A model generated the notes under the pieces. It worked only from the letters and a program-made list of their open reading frames with translations, did not search any database and was not told the origin of the DNA. Positions 1 through 13,400 of a DNA stretch of 53,538 nt are shown in pieces. Both the position numbers and the translations under genes were made by a program. Positions within the stretch are counted from its first letter, which is position 1, and each line of letters opens with the position of its first letter. The stretch is from Nemertoderma westbladi (taxonomy: Eukaryota; Animalia; Xenacoelomorpha), in contig JAUCBJ010000457.1 of NCBI GenBank assembly GCA_032718475.1, positions 1 to 53,538 on the forward strand. The letters are read 5' to 3'.

Positions 1-1279
1 TTGCACTTACTTATTGTATACCGGTACTACTGGTACCGGTACCGTTACCATAACCCATAATGAAATTGATAGTTTTTACTTTCTGTATACAAATGATATG
101 TAGGCAAGGCATACCTACCTATTTCGCTTAAACAGTCAGGATTTTTTTATTGCAATTAATTGAATAATTGATTTTGAGTACCTCAATTATTCAATTAATT
201 GATTGGCAGCTCAACCAATTGCAATTAATTGATTGGTGCCATGCAATTAAATTGCAATCGAGGGTAATCGGGGTAGACGACTCGGAAATTTTTTTTCGAG
301 TTTTCGTTGGTTTCATGTGAAAGAGCATGTGAAAAAACCCCAGAGAGCAATTAGACTTCAAAAAAATTAATATTGGCCGAGTTATAGCGATTTTAAAACG
401 CAAAATTAGCAACATCGAAAAATCAGGCCGTTTCAGAAAACTGCACGAGTGACGTCAGCCATAACACAGCAACAGTTGTCAAGTGCAGTTGATTGGCTAA
501 TATAAAGTATAATATTACAGTATCTAAAATAAAACAAATAATAAATGTAGCTAAGTATTTATTTGGATGTGTATTTATGTTGTGTTAAGAATCGATTATA
601 GGGTAGCGGTATGGAGGCAAATTATTCATATCAAGTTAATTATTCTAGAATAATATTTATTTCGCCCATACCTGTATCGTAGAGCTGTAGCTAAAAATAA
701 ATATAGCTAGCTAAATACTGCCAGACGTTTCATTAATCTATTTTTTAATTGTTTTTACAGCGAACAATGCGGGATGGGTAGATTAGCACTAGATGGAAAT
801 TATTTAGTTTTTTTTTGTACAGTTCACTGTAAAGTGTTACTGGTACTAGTGTTGCACGTGTCACCATTATTCTGCCTTTCTTAATAGCTGTTTTTGGTTT
901 GACATCCAAAACTATAAAAATACCAAAACATATTGTTTTGGGCTATTAATTTGTCATATTTGACATATTTTGGCGAGTTACATGTGAAAAAAAATGTTTT
1001 AAAGAAAATAAAAACAAATGTTTGTGGTAGCTATTGTTTTCAATGGTATGTACTGTTTTAATAATGTAGAGTGTTTTTATAAAATACCACAAAATCTTAT
1101 TTTTGGATGCCATTTCAGATGCCATTACACCAACGCATGTGGTAGAAGTAAAATGTCCAACATCAAAACTAATTAATAACTAATAACTAATTAATATAGG
1201 TATAATTAATAAACTATAAACATTGCAGCATTATCTCAATTTGTACACGAAATTTCCATTGCGAAATGTATTCCTTCAC

Positions 1280-1731
1280 GGGACATTACCTTTACTGCAG
1301 CTGGGACAGTACCTTTACTGCAGCTGGGACAGTACCTTTACTGCAGCTGGGACAGTACCTTTACTGCAGCTGGGACAGTACCTTTACTGCAGCTGGGACA
1401 TTACCTTTACTGCAGCTGGGACATTACCTTTACTGCAGTTGGGACAGTACCTTTACTGCAGCTGGGACAGTACCTTTACTGCAGCTGGGACATTACCTTT
1501 ACTGCAGCTGGGACATTACCTTTACTGCAGTTGGGACAGTACCTTTACTGCAGCTGGGACAGTACCTTTACTGCAGCTGGGACATTACCTTTACTGCAGC
1601 TGGGACATTACCTTTACTGCAGCTGGGACATTACCATTACTGCAGCTGGGATATGACCTTTATTAGCTGGGACATTACCATTACTGCAGCTGGGATATGA
1701 CCTTTATTAGCTGGGACATTACCATTACTGC
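1280..1731. repeat. 23-bp minisatellite (GGGACAKTACCTTTACTGCAGCT), ~20 copies, in VPS52 intron 10
   Basis: Direct tandem repeats, degenerating towards the right end. Confidence 0.97.
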
Positions 1732-2006
1732 TACATATTGAGTTATTCCAATATACATTTTGATTATATACGGCAATTTTTGGTGAAATTCAAAACTGTT
1801 TTGAGATTTGGAATCTGCAGACGAAGGCGGCTTAATGATATCTAGATCACATTTAAAATGGGAAGAATAAAGCCGGCGTAGGAGGTAAAGTATTGCTCCA
1901 TAGACATTTTTATCGACTTTGCATTGCAGCTAAATAATTTGAAAATAGAAAAATCCGGCCAGGACCATAAATAAAATCGGGTCATAACGCCGAAAACGTG
2001 TGAGGA

Positions 2007-2202
2007 AAAGTGTGTTGGGCGAGCCACAAAAATAAGCGAGCTCAGCATACGGGTACCAGTATCACAATCGGTATGTCTGTCGTTCTGTCGTGTCCAATTT
2101 TAAACGTTAATAACTTGGCCAATCCTCGATGAAATCTAACCAAACTTGGTATCACATGTTATTTGGCAAAAGTTGAGAAATTTTCCAAGTTGCATTTGCG
2201 TG
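2007..2202 (+). mobile_element. Dispersed repeat fragment, Helentron-associated/DINE-1-like; sister copy at 53083-53343
   Basis: Clear similarity to 53083-53343 (GGGCGAGCCAC...CTGTCGTTCTGTCG...TTTTAAACGTTAATAACTYGGCCAATCCT...CCAAACTTGGTA). Family assignment is inferred from the GTCT-type microrepeat and layout. Confidence 0.6.
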
Positions 2203-2735
2203 TTTTCGAGAAGTTAAGATAAATTCAGTTAATTAAGTTGATTGCGGTTAAAACAGCATTTTTCCGCCTATTCTTTCCACGGAAATTAATTAATTTCTAG
2301 TATAAAATTTAAATAATTATACTTAAAAATTATACAGCTGTAATCCCCATACCCCATTCCATTATAGTTTTTAATAAGTTCAAGTGATTTGCTTTAAATT
2401 AAAAAAATGTGTTTTAATTGATCTAAACGTAATTAATTTATTACAATGCCCCTTCTCTCCACGCTACTTCCATCTCCCCATAGAATTCTGTAGGGATCAT
2501 GCCATGGCGTACTTGCTATTGTCTGGCTATGGCTGGTAACCAATCTCAACTTAAATGTGACTGGGGGGGGGGGGGGGGTAATTAAATTTGTATTAGGACA
2601 GGCAGTGTAAGGAGCCAGACTAATAAGACAGCTTGCTTATTGTTTATCTCGCAAAATGATTGGCTGAGTATTTAATGGTGATTCTTTAGAATTACCATTC
2701 TAAAGAATCACCAGTCTTCTTAATTACCAATTCTT

Positions 2736-3477
2736 AACTCCAGCTGAACTTGGACCACCTACCATTAGCACTGACAGCATTAGATCGTAACTCCAGCTGA
2801 ACTTGGACCACCTACCATTAGCACTGACAGCATTAGATCGTAACTCCAGCTGAACTTGGACCACCTACCATTAGCACTGACAGCATTAGATCGTAACTCC
2901 AGCTGAACTTGGACCACCTACCATTAGCACTGACAGCATTAGATCGTAACTCCAGCTGAACTTGGACCACCTACCATTAGCACTGACAGCATTAGATCGT
3001 AACTCCAGCTGAACTTGGACCACCTACCATTAGCACTGACAGCATTAGATCGTAACTCCAGCTGAACTTGGACCACCTACCATTAGCACTGACAGCATTA
3101 GATCGTAACTCCAGCTGAACTTGGACCACCTACCATTAGCACTGACAGCATTAGATCGTAACTCCAGCTGAACTTGGACCACCTACCATTAGCACTGACA
3201 GCATTAGATCGTAACTCCAGCTGAACTTGGACCACCTACCATTAGCACTGACAGCATTAGATCGTAACTCCAGCTGAACTTGGACCACCTACCATTAGCA
3301 CTGACAGCATTAGATCGTAACTCCAGCTGAACTTGGACCACCTACCATTAGCACTGACAGCATTAGATCGTAACTCCAGCTGAACTTGGACCACCTACCA
3401 TTAGCACTGACAGCATTAGATCGTAACTCCAGCTGAACTTGGACCACCTACCATTAGCACTGACAGCATTAGATCGT
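2736..3477 (-). repeat. 53-bp tandem array, 14 apparently identical copies of the VPS52 exon-10 3' end plus donor site
   Basis: Minus-strand unit ACGATCTAATGCTGTCAGTGCTAATG|GTAGGTGGTCCAAGTTCAGCTGGAGTT; 742 bp = 14 x 53. Confidence 0.98.
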
Positions 3478-3655
3478 AGTTGTTGATAAGGAACACGAGT
3501 TGCTCTTTCCGGTACTGGAACTCGGCAGCCATCCGCAGTATGAATCCCTCCACCTCCAACTGTAACTCCGCCAAGGCCTTGTGGACTCTTTCGTCCGGGT
3601 AGCTTTCGTTGATACCAACAACAGCCCCCGAGAACTCTGCGTATCTACGGGTTAC
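3452..3655 (-). CDS. VPS52: VPS52 coding exon 10 (gene continues beyond window start)
   Basis: GCAG acceptor; VTRRYAEFSGAVVGINESYPDERVHKALAELQLEVEGFILRMAAEFQYRKEQLVFLINNYDLMLSVLM; ATG|GTAGGT donor; 204 nt. Confidence 0.96.
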
Positions 3656-4087
3656 CTGCGGTAAACGGAAGTTTCTTACGTTTATTAATAATTGTAAAAA
3701 TTAGAAAATCAAAACCAAGCCTTCTTACTCAGAAGATATTATTATTATTACAAACTCAAATATTATACATGTGAGATGAAGTTATGAAAAGTTTCAACTT
3801 GAAAGGATTATAAACGAAATATGAGCAGACTTGCCATGATAAATGTTGCCCTCTTGCGGCAGACAAATTAACTGCAGACGGCCTAAAAGGTTTCAAAAAT
3901 ATCTGCTGGCCGGAATAAGTTCGAAATGATCTTAAACACAATAATGGGGGTAAGTTTTCACTTTCAGACAATTATACCCTTTACGGACAGACGGTGGAGG
4001 ACGGCAAATGGATTATCGTCCTCGAGAAGCGCAAGACGCAGACTTAATTTTATGGCGGTTGCTATACAGGTTAACTTCTATACTCAC

Positions 4088-4211
4088 GTAATGGGGTCTC
4101 ACGTCAATGGAACCCAGTTTCATTGCATCCGTATCTCTTATACTTTTGATATTTAGTTCCAGAATATATTGAAATCGCGGCCACAACAATTCTAGAAGTC
4201 CTTCCCAGTAT
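4088..4211 (-). CDS. VPS52: VPS52 coding exon 9
   Basis: CCTTAG acceptor; YWEGLLELLWPRFQYILELNIKSIRDTDAMKLGSIDVRPHY; GTGAGT donor. Confidence 0.96.
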
Positions 4212-4311
4212 CTAAGGACAAACAAACGATGACGTAACATTAGATAACTTAGAGGATCTTTGATAAAGATTGTCTTTATGGCAGCCGGAACTAACAGATA
4301 AGGTCACTTAC

Positions 4312-4430
4312 TTGTCAAGAGCGGGAACCTGTCGTTTGTGCATCAATACGCGATACCGGTTAATAATGTGAATCGAGAGGAGTAGTGCTATAGAATCGAA
4401 GCAATCGTTAGTGTACACCTCCATGTGTTT
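4312..4430 (-). CDS. VPS52: VPS52 coding exon 8 (its first 29 nt are the last unit of the 45-bp satellite)
   Basis: TTTTTATTCCTTTTAG acceptor; KHMEVYTNDCFDSIALLLSIHIINRYRVLMHKRQVPALD matches VPS52 KHLDSYLADCYDAIAVFLCIHIV...VPALD; AA|GTAAGT donor; phases fit exons 7 and 9. Confidence 0.93.
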
Positions 4431-7400
4431 CTAAAAGGAATAAAAACAATCGTTAGTGTACACCCCCATGTGTTTCTAAAAGGAATAAAAACAATCGTTA
4501 GTGTACACCTCCATGTGTTTCTAAAAGGAATAAAAACAATCGTTAGTGTGCACCTCCATGTGTTTCTAAAAAAGAAATAAAAACAATCGTTAGTGTACAC
4601 CACCATGTGTTTCTAAAAGGAATAAAAACAATCGTTAGTGTACACCTCCATGTGTTTCTAAAAGGAATAAAAACAATCGTTAGTGTACACCTCCATGTGT
4701 TTCTAAAAGGAATAAAAACAATCGTTAGTGTGCACCTCCATGTGTTTCTAAAAGGAATAAAAACAATCGTTAGTGTACACCTCCATGTGTTTCTAAAAAA
4801 GAAATAAAAACAATCGTTAGTGTACACCACCATGTGTTTCTAAAAGGAATAAAAACAATCGTTAGTGTACACCTCCATGTGTTTCTAAAAGAAATAAAAA
4901 CAATCACACCTCCATGTGTTTCTAAAAGGAATAAAAACAATCGTTAGTGTACACCTCCATGTGTTTCTAAAAGGAATAAAAACAATCGTTAGTGTGCACC
5001 TCCATGTGTTTCTAAAAGGAATAAAAACAATCGTTAGTGTACACCTCCATGTGTTTCTAAAAAAGAAATAAAAACAATCGTTAGTGTACACCACCATGTG
5101 TTTCTAAAAGGAATAAAAACAATCGTTAGTGTACACCTCCATGTGTTTCTAAAAGAAATAAAAACAATCGTTAGTGTACACCTCCATGTGTTTCTAAAAG
5201 GAATAAAAACAACATTGCTAATGTACAGTACACCTCCATGTGTTTCTAAAAGGAATAAAAACAATCGTTAGTGTACACCCCCATGTGTTTCTAAAAGGAA
5301 TAAAAACAATCGTTAGTGTACACCTCCATGTGTTTCTAAAAGGAATAAAAACAATCGTTAGTGTGCACCTCCATGTGTTTCTAAAAGGAATAAAAACAAT
5401 CGTTAGTGTACACCTCCATGTGTTTCTAAAAGGAATAAAAACAATCGTTAGTGTGCACCTCCATGTGTTTCTAAAAGGAATAAAAACAATCGTTAGTGTA
5501 CACCTCCATGTGTTTCTAAAAAAGAAATAAAAACAATCGTTAGTGTACACCACCATGTGTTTCTAAAAGGAATAAAAACAATCGTTAGTGTACACCTCCA
5601 TGTGTTTCTAAAAGAAATAAAAACAATCACACCTCCATGTGTTTCTAAAAGGAATAAAAACAATCGTTAGTGTACACCTCCATGTGTTTCTAAAAGGAAT
5701 AAAAACAATCGTTAGTGTGCACCTCCATGTGTTTCTAAAAGGAATAAAAACAATCGTTAGTGTACACCTCCATGTGTTTCTAAAAAAGAAATAAAAACAA
5801 TCGTTAGTGTACACCACCATGTGTTTCTAAAAGGAATAAAAACAATCGTTAGTGTACACCTCCATGTGTTTCTAAAAGAAATAAAAACAATCGTTAGTGT
5901 ACACCTCCATGTGTTTCTAAAAGGAATAAAAACAATCGTTAGTGTACACCCCCATGTGTTTCTAAAAGGAATAAAAACAATCGTTAGTGTACACCTCCAT
6001 GTGTTTCTAAAAGGAATAAAAACAATCGTTAGTGTACACCCCCATGTGTTTCTAAAAGGAATAAAAACAATCGTTAGTGTACACCTCCATGTGTTTCTAA
6101 AAGGAATAAAAACAATCGTTAGTGTGCACCTCCATGTGTTTCTAAAAGGAATAAAAACAATCGTTAGTGTACACCTCCATGTGTTTCTAAAAGGAATAAA
6201 AACAATCGTTAGTGTGCACCTCCATGTGTTTCTAAAAGGAATAAAAACAATCGTTAGTGTACACCTCCATGTGTTTCTAAAAAAGAAATAAAAACAATCG
6301 TTAGTGTACACCACCATGTGTTTCTAAAAGGAATAAAAACAATCGTTAGTGTACACCTCCATGTGTTTCTAAAAGAAATAAAAACAATCACACCTCCATG
6401 TGTTTCTAAAAGGAATAAAAACAATCGTTAGTGTACACCTCCATGTGTTTCTAAAAGGAATAAAAACAATCGTTAGTGTGCACCTCCATGTGTTTCTAAA
6501 AGGAATAAAAACAATCGTTAGTGTACACCTCCATGTGTTTCTAAAAAAGAAATAAAAACAATCGTTAGTGTACACCACCATGTGTTTCTAAAAGGAATAA
6601 AAACAATCGTTAGTGTACACCTCCATGTGTTTCTAAAAGAAATAAAAACAATCGTTAGTGTACACCTCCATGTGTTTCTAAAAGGAATAAAAACAACATT
6701 GCTAATGTACAGTACACCTCCATGTGTTTCTAAAAGGAATATTAGTGTACACCCCCATGAGTGTTTCTAAAAGGAATAAAACAATCGTTAGTGTACACCT
6801 CCATGTGTTTCTAAAAGGAATAAAAACAATCGTTAGTGTGCACCTCCATGTGTTTCTAAAAGGAATAAAAACAATCGTTAGTGTACACCTCCATGTGTTT
6901 CTAAAAGGAATAAAAACAATATTGCTAATGTACAGTACACCTCCATGTGTTTCTAAAAGGAATATTAGTGTACACCCCCATGAGTGTTTCTAAAAGGAAT
7001 AAAACAATCGTTAGTGTACACCTCCATGTGTTTCTAAAAGGAATAAAAACAATCGTTAGTGTACACCACCATGTGTATCTAAAAGAAATAAAAACAATCG
7101 TTAGTGTACACCTCCATGTGTTTCTAAAAGGAATAAAAACAATATTGCTAATGTACAGTACACCTCCATGTGTTTCTAAAAGGAATATTAGTGTACACCC
7201 CCATGAGTGTTTCTAAAAGGAATAAAACAATCGTTAGTGTACACCTCCATGTGTTTCTAAAAGGAATAAAAACAATCGTTAGTGTGCACCTCCATGTGTT
7301 TCTAAAAGGAATAAAAACAATCGTTAGTGTACACCTCCATGTGTTTCTAAAAGGAATAAAAACAATATTGCTAATGTACAGTACACCTCCATGTGTTTCT

Positions 7401-10400
7401 AAAAGGAATATTAGTGTACACCCCCATGAGTGTTTCTAAAAGGAATAAAACAATCGTTAGTGTACACCTCCATGTGTTTCTAAAAGGAATAAAAACAATC
7501 GTTAGTGTGCACCTCCATGTGTTTCTAACAGGAATAAAAACAATCGTTAGTGTACACCTCCATGTGTTTCTAAAAGGAATAAAAACAATATTGCTAATGT
7601 ACAGTACACCTCCATGTGTTTCTAAAAGAAATAAAAACTTAGTGTACACCTCCATGAGTGTTTCTAAAAGGAATAAAACAATCGTTAGTGTACACCTCCA
7701 TGTGTTTCTAAAAGGAATAAAAACAATCGTTAGTGTGCACCTCCATGTGTTTCTAAAAGAAATAAAAACAATCGTTAGTGTACACCTCCATGTGTTTCTA
7801 AAAGGAATAAAAACAATCGTTAGTGTACACCACCATGTGTTTCTAAAAGGAATAAAAACAATATTGCTAATGTACAGTACACCTCCATGTGTTTCTAAAA
7901 GAAATAAAAACAATATTGCTAATGTACAGTACACCTCCATGTGTTTCTAAAAGGAATAAAAACAATATTGCTAATGTACAGTACACCTCCATGTGTTTCT
8001 AAAAGAAATAAAAACTTAGTGTACACCTCCATGAGTGTTTCTAAAAGGAATAAAACAATCGTTAGTGTACACCTCCATGTGTTTCTAAAAGGAATAAAAA
8101 CAATCGTTAGTGTGCACCTCCATGTGTTTCTAAAAGGAATAAAAACAATCGTTAGTGTACACCTCCATGTGTTTCTAAAAGGAATAAAAACAATATTGCT
8201 AATGTACAGTACACCTCCATGTGTTTCTAAAAGAAATAAAAACGTAGTGTACACCTCCATGAGTGTTTCTAAAAGGAATAAAACAATCGTTAGTGTACAC
8301 CTCCATGTGTTTCTAAAAGGAATAAAAACAATCGTTAGTGTGCACCTCCATGTGTTTCTAAAAGGAATAAAAACAATCGTTAGTGTACACCTCCATGTGT
8401 TTCTAAAAGGAATAAAAACAATATTGCTAATGTACAGTACACCTCCATGTGTTTCTAAAAGAAATAAAAACTTAGTGTACACCTCCATGAGTGTTTCTAA
8501 AAGGAATAAAACAATCGTTAGTGTACACCTCCATGTGTTTCTAAAAGGAATAAAAACAATCGTTAGTGTGCACCTCCATGTGTTTCTAAAAGGAATAAAA
8601 ACAATCGTTAGTGTACACCACCATGTGTTTCTAAAAGGAATAAAAACAATATTGCTAATGTACAGTACACTACACCTCCATGTGTTTCTAAAAGAAATAA
8701 AAACAATCGTTAGTGTACACCTCCATGAGTGTTTCTAAAAGGAATAAAACAATCGTTAGTGTACACCCCCATGTGTTTCTAAAAGGAATAAAAACAATCG
8801 TTAGTGTGCACCTCCATGTGTTTCTAAAAGGAATTAAAACAATCGTTAGTGTGCACCTCCATGTGTTTCTAAAAGGAATAAAAACAATCGTTAGTGTACA
8901 CCTCCATGTGTTTCTAAAAGGAATAAAAGCAATCGTTAGTGTGCACCTCCATGTGTTTCTAAAAGGAATAAAAACAATCGTTAGTGTACACCTCCATGTG
9001 TTTCTAAAAGGAATAAAAACAATCGTTAATGTGCACCTCCATGTGTTTCTAAAAGGAATAAAAACAATCGTTAGTGTACACCTCCATGTGTTTCTAAAAG
9101 GAATAAAAACAACCGTTAGTGTACACCTCCATGTGTTTCTAAAAGAAATAAAAACAATCGTTAGTGTACACCTCCATGTGTTTCTAAAAGGAATAAAAAC
9201 AATCGTCAGTGTACACCTCCATGTGTTTCTAAAAGGAATAAAAACAATCGTCAGTGTACACCCCCATGTGTTTCTAAAAGGAATAAAAACAATCGTTAGT
9301 GTGCACCTCCATGTGTTTCTAAAAGGAATTAAAACAATCGTTAGTGTGCACCTCCATGTGTTTCTAAAAGGAATAAAAACAATCGTTAGTGTACACCTCC
9401 ATGTGTTTCTAAAAGGAATAAAAGCAATCGTTAGTGTGCACCTCCATGTGTTTCTAAAAGGAATAAAAACAATCGTTAGTGTACACCTCCATGGGTTTCT
9501 AAAAGGAATAAAAACAATCGTTAGTGTACACCTCCATGTGTTTCTAAAAGGAATAAAAACAATCGTTAGTGTACACCTCCATGTGTTTCTAAAAGGAATA
9601 AAAACAATATTGCTAATGTACAGTACACCTCCATGTGTTTCTAAAAGGAATAAAAACAATCGTTAGTGTACACCTCCATGTGTTTCTAAAAGAAATAAAA
9701 ACTTAGTGTACACCTCCATGAGTGTTTCTAAAAGGAATAAAACAATCGTTAGTGTACACCTCCATGTGTTTCTAAAAGGAATAAAAACAATCGTTAGTGT
9801 GCACCTCCATGTGTTTCTAAAAGGAATAAAAACAATCGTCAGTGTACACCTCCATGTGTTTCTAAAAGGAATAAAAACAATCGTTAGTGTACACCTCCAT
9901 GGGTTTCTAAAAGGAATAAAAACAATCGTTAGTGTACACCTCCATGTGTTTCTAATTGGAATAAAAACAATCGTTAGTGTACACCTCCATGGGTTTCTAA
10001 AAGGAATAAAAACAATCGTTAGTGTACACCACCATGTTTTCTAAAAGGAATAAAAACAATCGTTAGTGTACACCTCCATGAGTGTTTCTAAAAGGAATAA
10101 AACAATCGTTAGTGTACACCTCCATGTGTTTCTAAAAGGAATAAAAACAATCGTTAGTGTACACCTCCATGTGTTTCTAAAAGGAATAAAAACAATCGTC
10201 AGTGTACACCTCCATGTGTTTCTAAAAGGAATAAAAACAATCGTTAGTGTACACCTCCATGAGTGTTTCTAAAAGGAATAAAACAATCGTTAGCGTACAC
10301 CTCCATGGGTTTCTAAAAGGAATAAAAACAATCGTTAGTGTACACCTCCATGTGTTTCTAAAAGGAATAAAAACAATCGTCAGTGTACACCTCCATGTGT

Positions 10401-13400
10401 TTCTAAAAAAGAAATAAAAACAATCGTTAGTGTACACAACCATGTGTTTCTAAAAAAAGAAATAAAAACAATCGTTAGTGTACACCACCATGTTTTCTAA
10501 AAGGAATAAAAACAATCGTTAGTGTACACCTCCATGAGTGTTTCTAAAAGGAATAAAAACAATCGTTAGTGTACACCTCCATGGGTTTCTAAAATGAATA
10601 AAAACAATCGTTAGTGTACACCTCCATGTGTTTCTAAAAGGAATAAAAACAATCGTTAGTGTACACCTCCATGTGTTTCTAAAAGGAATAAAAACAATCG
10701 TTAGTGTACACCTCCATGTGTTTCTAAAAGGAATAAAACAATGGCTAATGTACACCTCCATGTGTTTCTAAAAGGAATAAAAACAATGACTATAATGTAC
10801 ACATCGATGTGTTTCTAAAAGGAATAAAAACAATATTGCTAATGTACAGTACACCTCCATTTGTTTCTAAAAGAAATAAGAACAATCGTTAGTGTACACC
10901 ACCATGTGTCTCTAAAAGGAATACAAACAATCGTTAGTGTACACCTCCATGTGTTTCTAAAAGGAATAAAAACAATCGTTAGTGTGCACCTCCATGTGTT
11001 TCTAAAAGGAATAAAAACAATATTGCTAATGTACAGTACACCTCCATGTGTTTCTAAAAGAAATAAAAACAATCGTTAGTGTACACCTCCATGGTGTTTC
11101 TAAGAGGAATAAAACAATCGTTAGTGTACACCCCCATGTGTTTCTAAAAGGAATAAAAACAATGGCTAATGTACACATCGATGTGTTTCTAAAAGGAATA
11201 AAAACAATGGCTAATGTACACCACCATGTGTTTCTAAAAGGAATAAAAACAATCGTTAGTGTACACCTCCATGTGTTTCTAGAAGGAATAAAAACAATGG
11301 CTAATGTACACCACCCCACCATGTGTTTCTAAAAGGAATAAAAACAATGGCTAATGTACACCACCATGTGTCTCTAAAAGGAATAAAAACAATCGTTAGT
11401 GTACACCTCCATGTGTTTTTAAAAGGAATAAAAACAATGGCTAATGTACACCACCATGTGTCTCTAAAAGGAATAAAAACAATCGTTAGTGTACACCTCC
11501 ATGTGTTTTTAAAAGGAATAAAAACAATGGCTAATGTACACCACCATGTGTCTCTAAAAGGAATAAAAACAATCGTTAGTGTACACCTCCATGGTGTTTC
11601 TAAGAGGAATAAAACAATCGTTAGTGTACACCCCCATGTGTTTCTAAAAGGAATAAAAACAATGGCTAATGTACACATCGATGTGTTTCTAAAAGGAATA
11701 AAAACAATGGCTAATACACCTCCATGTGTTTCTAAAAGGAATAAAAACAATCGTTAGTGTACACCTCCATGTGTTTCTAGAAGGAATAAAAACAATGGCT
11801 AATGTACACCACCCCACCATGTGTTTCTAAAAGGAATAAAAACAATGGCTAATGTACACCACCATGTGTCTCTAAAAGGAATAAAAACAATCGTTAGTGT
11901 ACACCTCCATGGTGTTTCTAAGAGGAATAAAACAATCGTTAGTGTACACCCCCATGTGTTTCTAAAAGGAATAAAAACAATGGCTAATGTACACATCGAT
12001 GTGTTTCTAAAAGGAATAAAAACAATGGCTAATACACCTCCATGTGTTTCTAAAAGGAATAAAAACAATCGTTAGTGTACACCTCCATGTGTTTCTAGAA
12101 GGAATAAAAACAATGGCTAATGTACACCACCCCACCATGTGTTTCTAAAAGGAATAAAAACAATGGCTAATGTACACCACCATGTGTCTCTAAAAGGAAT
12201 AAAAACAATCGTTAGTGTACACCTCCATGTGTTTTTAAAAGGAATAAAAACAATGGCTAATGTACACCACCATGTGTCTCTAAAAGGAATAAAAACAATC
12301 GTTAGTGTACACCTCCATGTGTTTCTAAAAGGAATAAAAACAATGACTAATGTACATCTCCATGTGTTTCTAAAAGGAATAAAAACAATGGCTAATGTAC
12401 AACTCCATGTGTTTCTAAAAGGAATAAAAACAATGGCTAATATACACCTCCACCTCCATGAGTTTCTAAAAGGAATAAAAACAATGGCTAATATACACCT
12501 CAATGTGTTTCTAAAAGGAATAAAAACAATGGCTCATGTACACCTCCATGTGTTTCTAAAAGGAATAAAAACAATGGCTAATATACACCTCCACCTCCAT
12601 GTGTTTCTAAAAGGAATAAAAACAATGGCTAATGTACACCTCCATGTGTTTCTAAAAGGAATAAAAACAATGGCTAATATACACCTCCACCTCCATGTGT
12701 TTCTAAAAGGAATAAAAACAATGGCTAATGTACACCTCCATGTGTTTCTAAAAGGAATAAAGACAATGGCTAATATACACCTCCACCTCCATGTGTTTCT
12801 AAAAGGAATAAAAACAATGGCTAATGTACACCCCAATGTGTTTCTAAAAGGAATAAAAACAATGGCTCATGTACACCTCCATGTGTTTCTAAAAGGAATA
12901 AAAACAATGGCTAATATACACCTCCACCTCCATGTGTTTCTAAAAGGAATACAAACAATCGTTAGTGTACACCTCCATGTGTTTCTAAAAGGAATAAAAG
13001 CAATCGTTAGTGTGCACCTCCATGTGTTTCTAAAAGGAATAAAAACAATCGTTAGTGTACACCTCCATGTGTTTCTAAAAGGAATAAAAACAATCGTTAA
13101 TGTGCACCTCCATGTGTTTCTAAAAGGAATAAAAACAATCGTTAGTGTACACCTCCATGTGTTTCTAAAAGGAATAAAAACAACCGTTAGTGTACACCTC
13201 CATGTGTTTCTAAAAGAAATAAAAACAATCGTTAGTGTACACCTCCATGTGTTTCTAAAAGGAATAAAAACAATCGTCAGTGTACACCTCCATGTGTTTC
13301 TAAAAGGAATAAAAACAATCGTCAGTGTACACCCCCATGTGTTTCTAAAAGGAATAAAAACAATCGTTAGTGTGCACCTCCATGTGTTTCTAAAAGGAAT

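Noticed and set aside
153-201. Perfect 19-bp stem among CAATTAATTG repeats
   Set aside because: Built from low-complexity self-complementary AT motifs, probably a TE remnant; no independent sign of function.
1223-1700. 144-147-aa repetitive ORFs
   Set aside because: Artefacts of the 23-bp minisatellite.
1-2735. Further VPS52 exons (expected ERAADDSKEVESF-like peptide)
   Set aside because: No matching peptide with splice sites found by eye on the minus strand; the remaining exons are probably outside the window.
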